From positions 480,001 through 544,000 of the forward strand of contig CAWHVC010000001.1 of NCBI GenBank assembly GCA_963832745.1: 64,000 bases of DNA, given 5' to 3'. The notes beneath the pieces were generated by a model. That model was not told the DNA's origin, did no database searches, and was given only the letters and a program-made list of their open reading frames with translations. The position numbers and the translations under genes were made by a program. Each line of letters starts with the position of its first letter. Positions within the stretch are counted from its first letter, which is position 1. This DNA is from Candidatus Bathyarchaeota archaeon (GTDB taxonomy: Archaea > Thermoproteota > Bathyarchaeia > Bathyarchaeales > Bathycorpusculaceae). Shown piece by piece: positions 59,012 to 64,000 of the stretch.

Positions 59012-59233
59012 ATGGCGACAACATCAATCATGAAATGCCCCAGTTGCAGCGGCTTAGTCCTCGCGGGGATTCGGCAAAAAACCAAAATCTGCCCCTACTG
59101 CGGCAAAACCATTAATCTCCAAAAAGCGATGCTCGTTGCCCAAGCAGCAAACTCTATGGAAGCCTCAGAAATGCTCAAACAGCTTAAAGCCAAACAAGCC
59201 CAAAACCCAAGCCCCAAAACTAAACGTGCCTAA
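59012..59233 (+). CDS. Zn-ribbon protein (DUF1922-like)
   Basis: CPSC...QKTKICPYCG. Start at MATTS. Confidence 0.75.
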   Translation: MATTSIMKCPSCSGLVLAGIRQKTKICPYCGKTINLQKAMLVAQAANSMEASEMLKQLKAKQAQNPSPKTKRA

Positions 59234-60171
59234 CGTACTTGACGTAGCATTTCACAGGCTTTGCACAATTCCTGCGCTGAAGGTTCTCCGCATTCACAAC
59301 AAGTTTTAAAGTTCTCCTTCACGGTAGTTTGCTCAAGAGCAGGACGTAGCCGTTCCATGGCTCGAGAAACAGTAAATTTTGTTCCCGCATGCTTTTCCTC
59401 CATTCGGTTAAGCATTGCACGAACATCATTTCGCAAGGCTTCGGAAGCGTAAGGGCACGGAGTGTCTTGGAAAGGAATCTTTTTAACGTAAGCATACAAT
59501 GCGCTTTCGTTTTCAGGGATTTCACAGAAAGGCTTGATTTTGCGGACCAGCTTTGGGTGTGCTTCACTTGTTACCGGTTTTTCTTTTGCTAAACGTGAAA
59601 TGTCACCCCGAAGAATATTCATAAGAACTGTTTGGGCTTCATCATCAAGCGTATGAGCTGTAGCAATTTTTGTGGCGCCTACTTCCCTTGCGGCAACATT
59701 CATGGCTCTACGCCGCAGAACACCACAATAAGCACAAGCAGTCAACTCTGTTTGCCCATTTACTCTGGCTTTGGTAAGTAACTCGTCAAGGGTTAACCCG
59801 AAAAGCTCTTTAAAAGATACAATATGATACGGAATCTCTAAACTTTTACAGTTTTCCACCGCAATATTCAACGCCTCATCACGGTAACCTTTGATGCCTT
59901 CATCCACTGTTACTGCGACAAGCGATGTTTTCGGTCTAAACCGCTTCAGTTTAGCTAAAATGTGCAGTAAGCTTAAACTGTCTTTTCCGCCTGAAACCGC
60001 AACTGCTAAACGGTCATCATACTCGAGCATGTGATGTTTAGTTATGGTTGCTCTGACTTTTGCTTCAATGGATTCTCCGAAGCATTTTCGGCAGAGTTTT
60101 TCGCCAGAGTATTTTCTGCTGAAGAATGGCTCTTTGCGTTTGCATGCAGTACAAACTGTTGATGTCGTCAC
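59230..60171 (-). CDS. tRNA 2-thiolation protein, NcsA/Ctu1/TtuA family (TIGR00269-like)
   Basis: N- and C-terminal Zn fingers, PP-loop SGGKDS, CAYCGVLRR, TAHTLDD, CPY. Confidence 0.92.
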   Translation of the reverse strand: MTTSTVCTACKRKEPFFSRKYSGEKLCRKCFGESIEAKVRATITKHHMLEYDDRLAVAVSGGKDSLSLLHILAKLKRFRPKTSLVAVTVDEGIKGYRDEALNIAVENCKSLEIPYHIVSFKELFGLTLDELLTKARVNGQTELTACAYCGVLRRRAMNVAAREVGATKIATAHTLDDEAQTVLMNILRGDISRLAKEKPVTSEAHPKLVRKIKPFCEIPENESALYAYVKKIPFQDTPCPYASEALRNDVRAMLNRMEEKHAGTKFTVSRAMERLRPALEQTTVKENFKTCCECGEPSAQELCKACEMLRQVR

Positions 60172-60306
60172 TTGAACTCATTCATTTTGATTCTGACATT
60201 AGTTAAAAGGGTTTTTGGCAATTTTTTGCAGCTTTCTCTGTATCTTTACCCCTGTTTTGCGTAATGCTTAAAAAAATAGTGCACCCTTTATCTTTTAGGA
60301 CCATTT

Positions 60307-61056
60307 ATGTCTGAATTGGTTCACCCCTCCCTGTTAGTAAAATATTTGACCGATAAACTACATTTACACAATGCCCGCTCGAGAGTTGCCGCATCAATCC
60401 TTAGCAAAAGAGCCAGCAAATGCAAAACGCTGCAGGATTACATTTCATTAAGTAACAAAATTTTCAGCTGTTTTCCATTAAAATATGTCGGTTGGTCTCT
60501 TCAACCAGCACAAGTTACTCAAGAACTCGAGGCATTACTTTTAGAGTTTAAAAAAATGGGCGTAAGCAGAATGCTTGAGATAGGCACCTACAACGGAGGC
60601 ACGCTTTTTCTTTTCGCTAAAATGGCAAATCCAAACGCCAAACTTTTAAGTTTAGATTTGCCTGGCGGCGAATTTGGCGGTGGCTATGAACAGTTTAAGG
60701 TATCCTTTTTTACAAATTTTGCGCACGATGCCCAAAAAATTTTTTTAATTCGTGACGATTCTCATTTGCAGCGTAGCTTGTTTAAGGTTAAGTCAATTTT
60801 GAATGAGGACCTGTTGGATTTCATGCTTATTGATGGTGACCATACTTATGAGGGCGTGAAGAAGGATTTTGAAATGTACAGTCCGCTTGTTCGTAAGGGC
60901 GGCATTATTGCGTTTCATGATATTTGCGAGCATCCAACGTATCTTTGTTGTGGCGTTGATAAGTTCTGGAATGAAGTTAAACAGTGTTACAAATATCAGG
61001 AATTTATTAATAATCCGCATCAAAATTGGGCAGGCATAGGCCTCATCTACACCTAA
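60307..61056 (+). CDS. Class I SAM-dependent methyltransferase (Methyltransf_24-like)
   Basis: LEIGTYNGGT, IDGDHTYEGVKKDF, GGIIAFHD, GVDKFW. Confidence 0.88.
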   Translation: MSELVHPSLLVKYLTDKLHLHNARSRVAASILSKRASKCKTLQDYISLSNKIFSCFPLKYVGWSLQPAQVTQELEALLLEFKKMGVSRMLEIGTYNGGTLFLFAKMANPNAKLLSLDLPGGEFGGGYEQFKVSFFTNFAHDAQKIFLIRDDSHLQRSLFKVKSILNEDLLDFMLIDGDHTYEGVKKDFEMYSPLVRKGGIIAFHDICEHPTYLCCGVDKFWNEVKQCYKYQEFINNPHQNWAGIGLIYT

Positions 61057-61120
61057 TAAAACATTGCTTGTTTCTTTGAGGCGTATTTAATAGCCGTATT
61101 TTGCTGTTAACTATTAAACG

Positions 61121-61840
61121 GTGTATTGTGTGGCTGTAAAACCAACGAAAAACTCCACTATCAAAAGCGTAAACTATACTGCGGAACATTGGCAAATGTT
61201 ATTACAGTTCAGAGAAAAAGCCAAACAGATACTTAACGCATTACAAAATAATCATTTACATGCAGTAACTCACGGAAGCATTGCACGAGGAGACACCAAC
61301 AAAAAAAGTGACGTTGACGTTTTCATCCCTGAAATCCAAAACAGTTTCCTTGTTGAAACAGCGCTAGAAAAAAGCGGCATACGAATTAACAACCGATTTA
61401 TTGTGCAAGCAACCCCAACTTATGCGATGAAAGCCTACATTGAAATTGATGAGCAAACAAGCGTTTCTTTTCCGCTTATGCAAATGCGAAAAGTTGAACA
61501 GGAATTTTACCGGTTTGGTGGAGAAGTTAATCTTGTTCAGCTTGAACAAAACCTGCGTGTACCTGGCGTAAATAAACGTTTAATGCTTATTGAGCCAACA
61601 GAAAATGGTCATGTAGAAAGCAGCATAATTGGAAAAGAAGAGTACGTGGCAAAAATGTTAGGGATTACAACGCAAACGGTTCTTGACCGTGTTCATGCCC
61701 TTCTAAGGCGGGATGAAGTTGGCAGAACAGGCGTTTTTGTTAAGAAAGAATTATGTCCAGATGAAACGTTTGAGTTGGCGCTTAAACGGCTAGCAGATTT
61801 GAACCCTGCCGTGCGCCGAAGACTTAAAAAAGAGTTTTAG
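61121..61840 (+). CDS. Archaeal Pol-beta-superfamily nucleotidyltransferase
   Basis: HGSIARGD...SDVDVF, VQATP, RVPGVNKRL, GRTGVF. Confidence 0.85.
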   Translation: MYCVAVKPTKNSTIKSVNYTAEHWQMLLQFREKAKQILNALQNNHLHAVTHGSIARGDTNKKSDVDVFIPEIQNSFLVETALEKSGIRINNRFIVQATPTYAMKAYIEIDEQTSVSFPLMQMRKVEQEFYRFGGEVNLVQLEQNLRVPGVNKRLMLIEPTENGHVESSIIGKEEYVAKMLGITTQTVLDRVHALLRRDEVGRTGVFVKKELCPDETFELALKRLADLNPAVRRRLKKEF

Positions 61841-62406
61841 GATGGGGCTGGATAGTAGATTAATTCTTTTTCTTCCAGTAACGCTTGGATTTTATCTACT
61901 GCCTCATACACTTGTTCTTCTTTCTTTGCACCTACACAGACAAGTTTGCCTGCGCTGAAGATTAAGAAGACCACTTTTGGCTCATCCATTCTGAAAACTG
62001 CACCTGGGAACTGTTCAGGTTCATACATGACGCGGCTTAACTTGTAAACTAAGCTTTCAAGGTCAATTTCGCCGCCTAGTTCTGCAGAGGCAACAATGTT
62101 TTGAATGTTAACGATTGGTTTCTCTGTGATTTGGATGCCTTCGCCGCGTAGTTCTTTAACAACTTTTTCTACTGCGCTGCGTGATTCTTTTTCTGATTTG
62201 GCACCAGTGCAAACCATTTTTCCTGTACCGAAGATTAAAGTGGCGGTTTTAGGCTTTTTTAGTCTGAAAACTAAGCCTGGGAACACGCTTGGGTTGTACT
62301 CAGTTTGGGGGAACTTTTCAACTATCTTTTGTAAGTCTATTTTTTGGTTAAGTGAAACTGATGCTACAATGTTCTGGATGTTAATGATTGGTTTTCGTTT
62401 ACTCAT
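61837..62406 (-). CDS. tbp: TATA-box-binding protein
   Basis: Two repeats IQNIVAS...YNPSVFPGL / YEPEQFPGA...LIFxxGKxVCxGAK. Confidence 0.98.
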   Translation of the reverse strand: MSKRKPIINIQNIVASVSLNQKIDLQKIVEKFPQTEYNPSVFPGLVFRLKKPKTATLIFGTGKMVCTGAKSEKESRSAVEKVVKELRGEGIQITEKPIVNIQNIVASAELGGEIDLESLVYKLSRVMYEPEQFPGAVFRMDEPKVVFLIFSAGKLVCVGAKKEEQVYEAVDKIQALLEEKELIYYPAPS

Positions 62407-62729
62407 GTCAACTCACGTGTCTTAGTCTATTTAAATAGTACACACGGGGTATATAAAGCATCTATTTATAAAGGGTTTTGAGCTAAGATTTTTGTTTAAA
62501 AAAAGCATTTTCTTTGTTGCTTCAGGGGTAAAAACATGTTTTTATTCAAGTTTATACATGTAAACGTTTTAATTTAGACACCTAACAGGCGCGCCTTAAA
62601 GTGTCAAATATTAGTGGATTTTTTGAGGATACTGTTAAGTTAAGTTACCTAATCAAAAAATTCTTCTACCTAAGAAACAATGGAGTATTTGGATGTTGTC
62701 AGTTTTTTATTGGAGGTATTTGCTAGCAA

Positions 62730-63810
62730 ATGAGCGGTAGCAAAAAAATTTATATGACTTCTGATAATGCAAATCGTGCAAAAAATATGATTTACGCAGT
62801 TTGGAACAATAAGGGCGGTACTGGAAAAACTTTTCTCACTTTTATGATGGCTGGTGAGTACGCCGCAGATAACCCTGAACAGAAAGTGGTTGTCATTGAC
62901 CTTTGCCCTCAAGCTAATGTAAGCGAGATAGTATTGGGTGGAAACGGGCGTGGCTCAACTGTTACTAGATACTCTTTTAAATAAAAAACCTAAACGATTA
63001 ACCATCGGCGGTTATCTGGATGACAGAATTTCATCACCTTACAAGATTACAGGAACAGAAGCAGATTATCTCGTAAATCCTTTATCAATGGGCTATAATG
63101 TTAACATGCCTGCAAACTTATACATCATTGCTGGAGACCCATCTCTGGAACTGCAAGCTCAAGTTATAAATCAATTGAGCATTTTGCAGCAACCAGAAGA
63201 CGCTTGGAAAAAAGTGCATTCATGGATAATCGATCTAATATCAGAGATTAAAAAATACCTTGGAGAAGATACTATGTTCTTCATAGATTGCAATCCAAGT
63301 TTTGCATCTTATACTGAATTGGCAATCCTCGCTTCAGAACGATTAGCAGTGCCGTGTAGCGCCGATGGGTCATCTGCAAGAGCAATTGACAACATGGGTA
63401 GATTAGTTTATGGCGTTAATGTCCCTTCACAATACCAGAAAACGAACTTTTTCAGTAATGTAAAGGCGTTTAATATGAAATTACCTGAAATACATCTAGT
63501 TATACTTAACAGAAGCACTCAATATGGTAGTAAGGCATCTAAAGGATTTAGCGCTATGTTTGGTGAAATAAAAAGAAGGACAGATGCACTCGCCGCAACA
63601 AAGATTATTCCCTTCTCAAAGAACTCAGGTCTTTACGTAGATATTCCAGATAATCACACGTTATCGATAGTTTGTTCACATCTAGGGTTGCCAATTTCTT
63701 CTCTAAAATCAGGTACACCATACAATGTTCATGGAAAGACCACAGTTATTCCGAAGAGTTCTTACGATACATATCTTGCTGCTGTTCACAACTTAATTGA
63801 CGCATTATAG
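62730..63810 (+). pseudogene. ParA/Soj-family ATPase split by a +1 frameshift near 62950-62984
   Basis: Deviant Walker A NNKGGTGKT and IDLCPQAN are in ORF 62730..62984; Walker B FFIDCNPS is in ORF 62938..63810. Confidence 0.8.
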
Positions 63811-63818
63811 GAATTTTC

Positions 63819-63971
63819 CTAAGTAATCTTCACTTTCTGTTTTATTTTACTTTCATACTCGTCCTCGGTTATGATTCCTTTTTCGATAAGCAAGTCAACT
63901 AAGGCTGAGTGCATGTTATCTAAGAGGTCTAGTTCTTCTAATGGTTCTCTTTCAACTTTATTCTTTTTCAT
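63819..63971 (-). CDS. Small SHOCT-like protein (50 aa)
   Basis: Not in the ORF track. ALVDLLIEKGIITEDEYESK. Confidence 0.65.
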   Translation of the reverse strand: MKKNKVEREPLEELDLLDNMHSALVDLLIEKGIITEDEYESKIKQKVKIT

Positions 63972-64000
63972 GTTTTCCACCTTTTGCTAAGTAACCTTGT

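Noticed and set aside
1-64000. CRISPR array, rRNA, transposase or intein
   Set aside because: No regularly spaced repeats, rRNA-like tract, DDE/HUH transposase motifs or oversized core proteins were seen.

Overview
Archaeal chromosomal segment. The gene set (TBP, aEF-1alpha, GatDE, short XPF, an L22e-like protein, a VPEYP-type sorting tail, expanded PAS histidine kinases) points to the TACK superphylum, most likely Bathyarchaeia; this is an inference. Core genes are ndk, tuf, xpf, uvrBAC, ileS, trmI, gatED, an AK6-type kinase, an NcsA-type thiolase, tbp, tRNA-Ala(CGC) and tRNA-Pro(CGG). Three accessory zones are interleaved with them. (1) 0.6-10.6 kb is a two-component signalling cluster with a REC-TrmB fusion regulator, three PAS kinases and a candidate ~120-nt structured ncRNA. 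(2) 15.4-22.9 kb is an AT-rich island after tuf. It holds three paralogous signal-peptide-less beta-helix proteins (one fused to DUF2341, two disrupted), a divergent wHTH gene and a holin-like ORF. The three beta-helix genes and the wHTH gene share a ~30-bp operator/TATA motif, and this putative regulon is the best candidate for an undescribed system. (3) 53.6-58.0 kb is a 4.35-kb integrase-less island bounded by a duplicated promoter and 5' end of the AK6 gene, carrying a HEPN-motif protein. Several real small ORFs are missing from the ORF track, two of them with apparent non-canonical starts. All family calls come from motif recognition by eye; no database searches were run.
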